Of a stretch of DNA of 64,000 nt, positions 9,061 to 17,215 are shown in pieces. Source of the DNA: Candidatus Parcubacteria bacterium (GTDB taxonomy: Bacteria; Patescibacteriota; Minisyncoccia; Phycocordibacterales; UBA2100); contig JBEEJY010000005.1 in NCBI GenBank assembly GCA_041168925.1, forward strand, positions 2,957 through 66,956, read 5' to 3'. The translations under genes were made by a program, and so were the position numbers. Numbering within the stretch: position 1 is the first letter of the stretch; each line of letters starts with the position of its first letter. Under the pieces are notes generated by a model. The model saw only the letters and a list, made by a program, of their open reading frames with translations. It was not told where the DNA came from and did not search any database.

Positions 9061-9606
9061 TCAAGCAAACCCGGTGCGCTTCTCGTCGGCGAGCTTTCTG
9101 AGCCGTTCGATGCCTCGATGGATGCGCACTGAAACGACATTTTCCGAGACGCCGAGCGCGGCGGCTATTTCTCTGGGCGACATGTCCTCGAGAAAGCGCA
9201 TGCTGATAGCCGTCTGATAGATCTCGTCGAGCGAGTCGAGAAGGCGCATCGCTTCACGGGCAGCCTGCCTGTTCGTCGGGTCGGGCGTCGTCTCGTCTTC
9301 GACCTCAAACCCGTCTTCCTCCATCATCGAATCGAGCGACGAGGCTTTCTTTCTGCGCGCGTGATCGACGATAAGATTGTTCGCCACGCGGTAGAGAAAC
9401 GCGCGCATGTACTCGATCGTCTTGCCTTCCGAAAGATAGAGCCACGCTCGCGAGAAGGTTTCTTGCGTGATGTCTTTCGCGATCTCACGATCGCGCACGC
9501 GCGCGAGACAATGCCGAAACACCGCATCGGCGCATTCCTCATATGATGCAAGAAAAGCCCCCTCAAGCTCTTGCGTGAAGCGCGTTTCGTCATCATCACC
9601 CCTCAT
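9061..9606 (-). CDS. ECF-type RNA polymerase sigma factor
   Basis: AKDITQETF, FLYRVANNLIVD region 2; SPREIAAALGVSENVVSVRIHRG region 4. Confidence 0.93.
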   Translation of the reverse strand: MRGDDDETRFTQELEGAFLASYEECADAVFRHCLARVRDREIAKDITQETFSRAWLYLSEGKTIEYMRAFLYRVANNLIVDHARRKKASSLDSMMEEDGFEVEDETTPDPTNRQAAREAMRLLDSLDEIYQTAISMRFLEDMSPREIAAALGVSENVVSVRIHRGIERLRKLADEKRTGFA

Positions 9607-9635
9607 AGGTATCCTCAAGGATACGCGAGCGACGG

Positions 9636-10826
9636 TCAGGATGCCAGCACGCCGAACTGTTTTCCGACTTTCGCGAATCTCTCGACTGCCGTTTTGATAT
9701 CCTCTTTTGTGTGAGCGGCCGAGATCTGCACCCTGATACGGGCCTTGCCTTTGGGAACCACCGGGTGGGCAAAACCGATGACATAGATGCCCTCGTCAAA
9801 GAGGGCTTTGGCCATATCGACGGCTTTTTTTTCATCGCCGAGCATGATGGGCGTGATGGGATGCTGCGCGTCCGACACCGTGAATCCTTTTTCTTTCATC
9901 AGCTGACGGAAGAGTTTCGTGTTGCCCCACAACCGCTCTCTGAATTCGGGATGCGCTTTCAGATGATCGATGAGAAAAAGCGACGTGCCGGTAACCGCGG
10001 TATCGAGGGAATTCGAGAAAAGATACGTGCGGGAACGGTTGCGCAAGTAGTCGGCGGCCTCCGAGTGAGTCGCCGTGAAAGCTCCTCCCGCGCCGCCGAG
10101 CGCCTTGCCGAACGTACCGGTGATGAAATCAACCCGGCCGACGACCCCGCAGTGCTCCGGGGTACCGCCGCCGCTTTTTCCCATAACCCCGGTTGCATGC
10201 GCATCATCCACCATCACGAGCGCATCGTACTTCTCCGCCAGATCACAAATTTCTTTGAGCGGCGCGATATCGCCGTCCATGCTGAAGACGCCGTCGGTGG
10301 CGACGACTCTCAGCCGCTTACCTTTGGTCAGCTTGAGTTTGTCCTCCAAATCGACCATGTCCATGTGTTTGAAGATGTGACGTTCGGCTTTGGAAAGACG
10401 TATCGCGTCGATTATGGAGGCGTGATTGAGCTCGTCGGTAACAATCGCATCCTGCTCGCCGAAAAACGTCTGGAAGAGGCCGACGTTGGCCATAAAGCAC
10501 GATGAATACAAAACCGCGTCTTCCGTCCCCACCAAATCGGCAACTGCTTTCTCTAAATCCTTGTGCACCGTTTGCGTGCCGCAAATGAATCTCACGGATG
10601 CGAGTCCGTATCCCCATCTCGCCGTGGCCTCTTCCGACGCTTTTTGAGCGAGTTTTGTGCCGGCCAAACCGAGATAGTTGTTCGCGCAAAAATTCAGGTA
10701 TTTCTTTCCGCCGACGACGATCTCTTTCCCCTGCGGGGATTCAAGCACTCGTTCGACTTTGTATGTGCCGTTTTCCTTTGCGGCCGCTAGCTCGGATTCA
10801 AGAATCGGTTTGAGCGATTTGTACAT
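9636..10826 (-). CDS. kbl: Glycine C-acetyltransferase (2-amino-3-ketobutyrate CoA ligase)
   Basis: NFCANNYLGL, SVRFICGT, LNHASIID, TDGVFSMDG, GTFGKALGG, ARIRVQISAAH. Confidence 0.95.
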   Translation of the reverse strand: MYKSLKPILESELAAAKENGTYKVERVLESPQGKEIVVGGKKYLNFCANNYLGLAGTKLAQKASEEATARWGYGLASVRFICGTQTVHKDLEKAVADLVGTEDAVLYSSCFMANVGLFQTFFGEQDAIVTDELNHASIIDAIRLSKAERHIFKHMDMVDLEDKLKLTKGKRLRVVATDGVFSMDGDIAPLKEICDLAEKYDALVMVDDAHATGVMGKSGGGTPEHCGVVGRVDFITGTFGKALGGAGGAFTATHSEAADYLRNRSRTYLFSNSLDTAVTGTSLFLIDHLKAHPEFRERLWGNTKLFRQLMKEKGFTVSDAQHPITPIMLGDEKKAVDMAKALFDEGIYVIGFAHPVVPKGKARIRVQISAAHTKEDIKTAVERFAKVGKQFGVLAS

Positions 10827-10833
10827 ACCAACG

Positions 10834-12045
10834 TTACCCGTTGACCTTGAAGACGATCTTCGGATTCTCGTTCATCGCTTTCTCGAATGATTCGGGCGTG
10901 AATTTTTTGAAATCGAGGATCGTGCCTTTGCCTCCTTTCAGTATTACGTTCCATATCTTGTCCTGCACGCCGTTCGTTTTGTCCGAGAGTACGCGTTGCG
11001 CGATCTGCCAAGTGTTGAAAATGCGGCGCCCGATTATGCCGTGGATCGTGAGGCCGCGCACGATGACCGTGCGAGAGAAATTCGGGATCGTGACATTGCC
11101 GTCTTTTATTCCGAAGGCGATCACGTGTCCGCCGCGACGCGTGGAGAGAATGCAATTGTTGAGGGAAGAAGGCGGCCCGGCCATTTCCATGGAAATATCG
11201 ACTCCCTTGCCGTACGTGAATTCCATGATCCTCTCGACGACTTCCTGATCGTGTTCCCAGTCGTTTGCCTTTTGTGCTTTCGGAATGAGAATGGTTTCGT
11301 GCGCACCGAGTTCTTTCGCCATTCCGAGATTTGCCGGATTGATGTCGACGACGATCACTTTCGCCGCACCGAAATTGCGGGCGAGCAAGACGCAAAATAA
11401 ACCGATCGGGCCCGCGCCCATGATGGCGACGCGCTGTCCGCGCATGTCTGCGACCGTGGAAGCGTGCACCGCATTCCCGAAAGGATCGTAGATCGCGGCG
11501 ATCTCCGGTCGAACGCGCCGCTCGTCTACCGCCCAGAGATTGCGTGCAGGAATCTTCACGTACTCGGCAAAAATGCCGTCGATCGAGATCCCGAGAATCG
11601 CTTCGTTGAGGCAGACGTGCCCTTCGCCGATCCGGCACTGATAGCAGCGGCCGCAGGTCACGTGCGAATCACCGGAAACTAGGGCGCCTACCTCGATTTT
11701 CGCGGGGTTTTTATCGTCGGGATCGTGATAGAGCCGCTCGACCATAGAGCCGATCTGCGCGATTTCCCCCGCGAACTCGTGGCCCGTGATGCGCAGCGTC
11801 TTGCCTTCGCGCTTGAGCGAATCGTGCACCATGTCTTTAAATGCATCGCGATACCACAGCCCCCTATCGGAGCCGCACACGCCCGCGTAGCGGACCTTGA
11901 GAACGACGGAGAGCGCATCTTCGGGGTTATTTTTTTCATCGAGTACCGGCATCGGCACTTCGCGCATCACGAAGCCTCTGCTTTTCTCCCAGCCGTCTTT
12001 CTCCCGATCAAATGTAAGCGCTTTGACTGTCTGTGCCATAGGCAT
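10834..12045 (-). CDS. tdh: Zn-dependent L-threonine 3-dehydrogenase
   Basis: GVCGSD, GHE, CGRCYQC..C, DPFGNAVH, GAGPIG; directly upstream of kbl. Confidence 0.85.
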   Translation of the reverse strand: MPMAQTVKALTFDREKDGWEKSRGFVMREVPMPVLDEKNNPEDALSVVLKVRYAGVCGSDRGLWYRDAFKDMVHDSLKREGKTLRITGHEFAGEIAQIGSMVERLYHDPDDKNPAKIEVGALVSGDSHVTCGRCYQCRIGEGHVCLNEAILGISIDGIFAEYVKIPARNLWAVDERRVRPEIAAIYDPFGNAVHASTVADMRGQRVAIMGAGPIGLFCVLLARNFGAAKVIVVDINPANLGMAKELGAHETILIPKAQKANDWEHDQEVVERIMEFTYGKGVDISMEMAGPPSSLNNCILSTRRGGHVIAFGIKDGNVTIPNFSRTVIVRGLTIHGIIGRRIFNTWQIAQRVLSDKTNGVQDKIWNVILKGGKGTILDFKKFTPESFEKAMNENPKIVFKVNG

Positions 12046-12190
12046 GGATGAAAATCACATCATAACAAAACAGAAGGAAAAATGAAGTATCGTATGCTAC
12101 ATTGGTGCGACGCGGGGCCAGTAATCACTCTTTAATACTGACCCGGCATTCGCGAGAAGAGCACGCGCTCGTCCTTTCTACTCCTCGCTT

Positions 12191-12262
12191 GGGCCAGTAG
12201 TTCAGTGGTAGAACGTCTCATTTGCAATGAGAAGGTCCGGGGTCCGATTCCCCGCTGGTCCA
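12191..12262 (+). tRNA. tRNA-Ala(TGC)
   Basis: Acceptor GGGCCAG/CTGGTCC with G3:U70, anticodon arm TCTCA-TTTGCAA-TGAGA; CCA not encoded. Confidence 0.95.
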
Positions 12263-12613
12263 CAATCCGAATTCGACGTCCAGCACATTGCTCCTGTTGG
12301 GGCTCTCATCGTTGCAGTCCTGCTGGTTATTCTGACCTTTCATATTCCCATAGGCGCAAAAGAAAAATGGGGAAACAATGGTGCTTCTCGCTCGACCTCG
12401 ATACTTCTTGTTTTTGCAATATTAAGCCTCTTCTTTGGTAGCACCGTCCTAGAGCTGTTCAAAGAAATGAGCGCAGGCTATTGATTTTATAGGCGCAATC
12501 TTTTGAAAAAAGATGGGGCAATAGCGAGAGGAGGCTTCTACTGTTAACGACTATAAATTGCATGAAGAACATGATATTGTATGGGTGTATTTAATTGATC
12601 CAAGCTATTTTTT

Positions 12614-13456
12614 ATGCCTCCTGAACAAGCAAACACACCTGCACCGATTCAACCCGAGACGATGAAACCTGTTCCATTTTGGAAGCTTAAAAAAGTCTGG
12701 ATACCGGCTGTCATACTTATGCTAGTCGTAGTCGGGCTTTTGCCTTTACGGCAGCCTACGCCACAAGTAAACGGCCACTTGCTTGCTGGTAGTAAATCTG
12801 TCTCAGGCGATTTTCAATATCATGCAGAATCGCCATCTCTTACCGTTGTTGCTCTCTACCCCGCCGCAACCCCTATCAAGGACCCGACCATAGATGCTCG
12901 TGTGCGGATGGAGGTAGAACAATTCGTGCTTGATAAGATAAATAGCTTTAAAAGCAAATATGCAAATGTACCAGAAGGCAACCACGTGACACTAGAGCTT
13001 TTATACACCCAATCACTTTCCTCTAAGACCTTCTCATACGTATATGAGACACGCATAAGTGAAAAAGGAGGAGGTAGTTATCTAAGTCAAGAGGATAGCG
13101 ACGTGTTTGAATCCATTGTTTTTGATAACAATGGCAATCGGATGAGCCTCGGCGACTTGTTTACACTCGGCTCCGGTTATCTAGGAATCATTTCCCGAGA
13201 GGCAACCGGTCTGGTGCAACAGCAACTGGACCAATTGGCGCGTGAGCGCGGCACCACGTTTACGATCAAGGTGGCAGGTCTTGCGCCCACAGAAGAAAAC
13301 TTTAAAGCTTTTTCTCTCAATGGAACTAGGTTGCTAATTATTTTCTCGGTCGGCCAAGCTGCAGACAAGGAAGCCGGACCTCTCTATGTTGATTTGCCCC
13401 TCGAATCTTTGTCGGCTCTATCGGGTATAGTGCGACCTTCGATACTTCAGTTTTAG
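12614..13456 (+). CDS. Membrane-anchored DUF3298/RsiV-PdaC-like protein
   Basis: N-terminal TM; FDNNGNRMSLGDLF, APTEENFKAF, IIFSVGQAA..GPLYVDLP; visibly lower GC. Confidence 0.75.
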   Translation: MPPEQANTPAPIQPETMKPVPFWKLKKVWIPAVILMLVVVGLLPLRQPTPQVNGHLLAGSKSVSGDFQYHAESPSLTVVALYPAATPIKDPTIDARVRMEVEQFVLDKINSFKSKYANVPEGNHVTLELLYTQSLSSKTFSYVYETRISEKGGGSYLSQEDSDVFESIVFDNNGNRMSLGDLFTLGSGYLGIISREATGLVQQQLDQLARERGTTFTIKVAGLAPTEENFKAFSLNGTRLLIIFSVGQAADKEAGPLYVDLPLESLSALSGIVRPSILQF

Positions 13457-13644
13457 TGCCACAGGGGAGCCATCCCGCCGTTTTATACTGTTCCTCAAAA
13501 CGGAGGGGCTGATTGCGCGCGCATGGGAGGGTTTGGGGCAAGCGCATACAGATTTGTGCCTCGCCATTCCTTAAAGAATTTTGTATGGCGAGTCTCCGCT
13601 TGTATTTGAATCACAGCCTTCCTTTTCCTGAAAGGAAGCCGCCC

Positions 13645-14613
13645 TCAACGTCGCGCCAAACTGATCGCGTGTTCGAGGAATTCGCGTACGGACGAGCCGA
13701 CGCTTTCGAGCATCGGCGGAAACGAGGCGCCTCGATACAGACCGGGCGTTGCGTTGATTTCAAGCAAGTACGGCCCGCGAGGAGTGAGTATGATATCGGC
13801 GCGCGAGTAGTGCGAAAGTCCGAGCGCGCGATGCGCGGCGCGGGCGAGGTCGGCGAGCGATCTTTTCTCCGCCTGATGAAAGTTGCTCGGCACCACGTGG
13901 ATGATCGTCGCCTCGCGATGCCCGGTCGGATCGAGGAAGCGAGATCCTCTCGGCGCGATGAGGTGCGCGGGCGGCAGCGCGTATAGCTCTTCGCCGCGAA
14001 AATCTTCCACGACGCCGACCGAGGCGTCGCGTCCGCGAATCAGCTCCTCAACGAGCGCCGAGCCGAACGCATCGAGTATGTCGCCGATCGCATCTGGCAA
14101 TTCGAGAAGCGTAGTCGCAATGACAATGCCGTGCCCGGCACCCTCCGAGGCGGGCTTTACGATGTATGGAGGACCGAACTGATCGAAAACGAGACGCGCC
14201 ATTTCGCCCGTCGTGAGGTCGTTTTGGAGCGAAAAGGAAACGGCGCGCGGCATTCTAATGCCCGCTTTTTGCAGTATCTCGCGCGCGCGAATCTTGTTGA
14301 GCGCATGGGCGCTCGCAAGCGGCCGCGCGCCGGCATACGCTATGCCCGCGCGTTCCAAGATTCTCTGCACCGTGCCGTCTTCCCCGATTCCGCCGTGGAG
14401 TGCGTTTAATGCGACGTCGACTTGCGCGAGTGCGCGAGCCGGATCCACCGGCTGTCCGCGCAAATGCCAATACCCCCGCCTATCAATAAAGATGTCGCGT
14501 GCATCGTATTTCTCCTCGGGCAGCGCGGAGAGCATCGCGGCACCGGTCTTGAGCGAGAGATCATACTCGCTCGATGTCCCGCCGCGAAGTACACCTACGG
14601 AGGTGCGCATCAT
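13645..14613 (-). CDS. ddl: D-alanine--D-alanine ligase
   Basis: LRGGTSSEYDLSLKTG, LHGGIGEDG, IVKPASEG, LLEINATPGL. Confidence 0.92.
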   Translation of the reverse strand: MMRTSVGVLRGGTSSEYDLSLKTGAAMLSALPEEKYDARDIFIDRRGYWHLRGQPVDPARALAQVDVALNALHGGIGEDGTVQRILERAGIAYAGARPLASAHALNKIRAREILQKAGIRMPRAVSFSLQNDLTTGEMARLVFDQFGPPYIVKPASEGAGHGIVIATTLLELPDAIGDILDAFGSALVEELIRGRDASVGVVEDFRGEELYALPPAHLIAPRGSRFLDPTGHREATIIHVVPSNFHQAEKRSLADLARAAHRALGLSHYSRADIILTPRGPYLLEINATPGLYRGASFPPMLESVGSSVREFLEHAISLARR

Positions 14614-14696
14614 CGTTGAATTATAGCCTAGTAAAGCGAGAGGAGTGGGAACTTGTTCACACTTCCGAGCGAACGACGGCTAAAGGAGCGAAGCGA

Positions 14697-15932
14697 CTAT
14701 ATCATCATTTTCCGTCGCCTTTTGCGATGCCAGCCGATGGCGAAGCGATGCGCTTCACTGTTGGCGAGCAAGATGTCTTTTTCGTACGCTTCTATCGCGC
14801 GCTTGTCACCGATGAGTCGTTCCGGCCTGTGAAATTCATTCTTGACGACGCCGACGAGAGGTATCTCGATTCCGGCCTTTTTACATACCTTTCGCGCCGC
14901 GTTCATTTGTGCCTTGCCTCCGTCGACGACGCATACGCGCGGCAGTGGCCATTCAGGGTGATTGAGCCGGCGCTCGAGCGTTTCGGTAAGCGCCGCGACA
15001 TCGTCATTGGTCGCGGTGCGGATCGTAAACTTACGATAAGCTGCTTTGATCGGCTCGCCGCCGTGCACGACCGCCATGACCGCGACCGTCTCCGCGCCCG
15101 ACGTATGCGCGACATCAAACGCCTCGATGCGCACTCCGCCTCCCGGCGCGATACGGTGCTCGTCTTTCAGAAGGGAGACGTCCTTTACGTGTTCGAGTGC
15201 GCGGATTTGCCTGCGCAATACCGCCGCTTCTTCAAAACGCTCTCCTTCGGCGGCGGCTTTCATACGTGCCGCAAGACGGCGTTTCAGTCCTTTGAAGTTG
15301 CCGGAAAAAAGCTCGCGTATGTTTTTAATCGTCCTCCCATACTCATCTCGCGTTATCTCCCCCGTGCACACGCCGGGGCAGAGGCCGAGCTGGCGGTTGA
15401 AGCAGGGTTTGCATGCGTTGTTTTTTCCTTCGCCGCATGGTACGCACCTGGCGTCGTGATATGGAAAAATCTTGCGAACGATTTTCATCGCTTCTTGCAG
15501 CTGCAGAGCGTGCGGGAAAGGGCCGAAGACCGCGCTCGGGCGCGGCCGCATCCCGTTGACGGAAAACAGCTCGCGGCCGCGAACGAGAAGTACCTGCGGA
15601 TACGCGTCTTTGGTGAGGATGACGTAGTTGAAGCTCTTATTGTCCTTCGATTCGACATTCGCCGGCGGCTGATGTTTCTTGATGAGATTCGCCTCGAGAA
15701 TGAGCGCTTCGAGTACCGATTCGGTGGTTTGCCAATTGAGCGCGTCGGCATCTTGCACCATTCGCGCGACCGCGGGCCCGCGGCCGCTCGCAAGATCTTT
15801 GGAAAAATAGCTTCGCACTCGATCGCGCAAACTCCCCGCCTTGCCGATATAGAGGATCTTTCTCCTCCTCTTGAAAAAGTACACGCCCGGCTCATCGGGC
15901 AGTCTGAATCGCCGCAGTTCATTGCGCTGCAT
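14697..15932 (-). CDS. uvrC: Compact excinuclease ABC subunit C
   Basis: GIY-YIG PGVY..LYIGKA, Cys cluster, UVR domain ERFEEAA, RIEAFDVAH, VDGGKAQ, EAHRFAI; no C-terminal HhH. Confidence 0.93.
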   Translation of the reverse strand: MQRNELRRFRLPDEPGVYFFKRRRKILYIGKAGSLRDRVRSYFSKDLASGRGPAVARMVQDADALNWQTTESVLEALILEANLIKKHQPPANVESKDNKSFNYVILTKDAYPQVLLVRGRELFSVNGMRPRPSAVFGPFPHALQLQEAMKIVRKIFPYHDARCVPCGEGKNNACKPCFNRQLGLCPGVCTGEITRDEYGRTIKNIRELFSGNFKGLKRRLAARMKAAAEGERFEEAAVLRRQIRALEHVKDVSLLKDEHRIAPGGGVRIEAFDVAHTSGAETVAVMAVVHGGEPIKAAYRKFTIRTATNDDVAALTETLERRLNHPEWPLPRVCVVDGGKAQMNAARKVCKKAGIEIPLVGVVKNEFHRPERLIGDKRAIEAYEKDILLANSEAHRFAIGWHRKRRRKMMI

Positions 15933-15952
15933 GCGGCGAGTATACTCCCCCG

Positions 15953-15980
15953 TTGACAAAAACCTGAAATACGCTACGCT
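15953..15980 (+). promoter_or_regulatory. Sigma70-like promoter of the carAB leader
   Basis: TTGACA (15953-58) N16 TACGCT (15975-80). Confidence 0.6.
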
Positions 15981-15989
15981 TGGGCTTTA

Positions 15990-16133
15990 ATGACCTCCGG
16001 GAAGTTTCTCGAACACGACACCCGCCCGGGTGTATTTTTGTGCCTTTCCAGAAACCCGCGACAAGTCGCGGGTTTCTTCTATGGAGGCACAACCTTGCGT
16101 AGATTCAGCAAAGCAGGGTCAATCCGCCTATGA
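15990..16133 (+). CDS. Putative 47-aa carAB leader peptide (pyrL-like)
   Basis: MTSGKFLEHDTRPGVFLCLSRNPRQVAGFFYGGTTLRRFSKAGSIRL; starts 9 nt after the -10, TGA overlaps carA ATG (ATGA). Confidence 0.55.
   Translation: MTSGKFLEHDTRPGVFLCLSRNPRQVAGFFYGGTTLRRFSKAGSIRL
16018..16080 (+). promoter_or_regulatory. Putative attenuator: pause hairpin with U-tract, then terminator hairpin
   Basis: ACACCC-GCCC-GGGTGT-ATTTTT (16018-39); AGAAACCCGCGA-CAAG-TCGCGGGTTTCT-TCT (16050-80). Confidence 0.65.
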
Positions 16134-17215
16134 AATTGATCCTCAAAGACGGCACGGTATTTGAAGGAGAGAGTTTCGGCGCGTCGGTAAGCACTGCGGG
16201 CGAAGTCGTCTTCAACACCGGCATGACCGGCTATGTCGAGAGCCTCACCGACCCGTCCTACGCAGGTCAGATCGTTGTGCTCACCTATCCGCTCATCGGC
16301 AATTACGGCGTGCCCGACCATTCGACCTGGGAGTCGGAGAAAATCCGCGTTTCCGGACTCGTCGTGAGTGAATACTCGCAGAATTATTCGCATCGCGACG
16401 CGATCCGGTCGCTTGCCGAATGGCTCAAAGCCTCCGGCGTGCCGGCGATCATGGGCATCGATACGCGCGCGCTTACCAAAAAACTCCGTGAGCACGGCGT
16501 CATGCTCGGCCAGCTCATCGAGGGCGAGCCTGGCGCGTTTATCGATCCCAACAAAGAAAATCTCGTCGCCAAAGTAAGCCCGAAGGAGGTGCGCACGTAT
16601 GGCAACGGGGCCGTAAAGATCGTCGCGATCGATTGTGGCATGAAAGAAAACATAGTGCGTTCGCTCACCCGCCCTGAAACGACCGTCATCCGTGTCCCGT
16701 GGGATTACGATTTTTTAAAAAAACCGCCGGCCGGCGGATACGATGCTCTGTTCATATCCAACGGCCCGGGCGATCCGACCATGTGCAAACCGACGATCGA
16801 GCACATCCGCGCGGCCATGAAAACCGGTAAACCGATCCTCGGCATTTGCCTTGGCAATCAGCTGCTCGCACTTGCTGCCGGAGCGAAGACGTACAAACTG
16901 AAATACGGACATCGCGGACAGAATCAACCCTGCATCGATGCGGAAACGGGCAGGTGCTACATCACCTCGCAAAATCACGGCTACGCCGTGGAAAAGCGTT
17001 CTCTCCCGCGGGGTTGGAAGGAGTGGTTCGTCAACGCGAATGACGGCTCCAACGAGGGAATCGCACACAAATCTCGCCCGTGGAGAAGCGTGCAGTTCCA
17101 TCCTGAAGCCTGCCCAGGCCCTACCGACACAGAGTGGATATTCGACCGGTTCATCGATGATCTTATAAAACACAAAGTTGGGGAAGTTAAACTTGCACAA
17201 CTAAAACACGCATGA
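16130..17215 (+). CDS. carA: Carbamoyl-phosphate synthase small subunit
   Basis: GEVVFNTGMTGY, DPSY, SNGPGDP, GICLGNQ, QNHGY, QFHPE. Confidence 0.97.
   Translation: MKLILKDGTVFEGESFGASVSTAGEVVFNTGMTGYVESLTDPSYAGQIVVLTYPLIGNYGVPDHSTWESEKIRVSGLVVSEYSQNYSHRDAIRSLAEWLKASGVPAIMGIDTRALTKKLREHGVMLGQLIEGEPGAFIDPNKENLVAKVSPKEVRTYGNGAVKIVAIDCGMKENIVRSLTRPETTVIRVPWDYDFLKKPPAGGYDALFISNGPGDPTMCKPTIEHIRAAMKTGKPILGICLGNQLLALAAGAKTYKLKYGHRGQNQPCIDAETGRCYITSQNHGYAVEKRSLPRGWKEWFVNANDGSNEGIAHKSRPWRSVQFHPEACPGPTDTEWIFDRFIDDLIKHKVGEVKLAQLKHA

Noticed and set aside
12205-12484. ORFs 12205-12441 and 12227-12484 as intact genes
   Set aside because: Their starts lie inside tRNA-Ala; at most a 3' remnant
14574-15956. 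460-aa plus-strand ORF and other long antisense ORFs (25959-27590, 43379-44614, 50121-51335)
   Set aside because: Shadow frames opposite well-supported genes, expected at high GC
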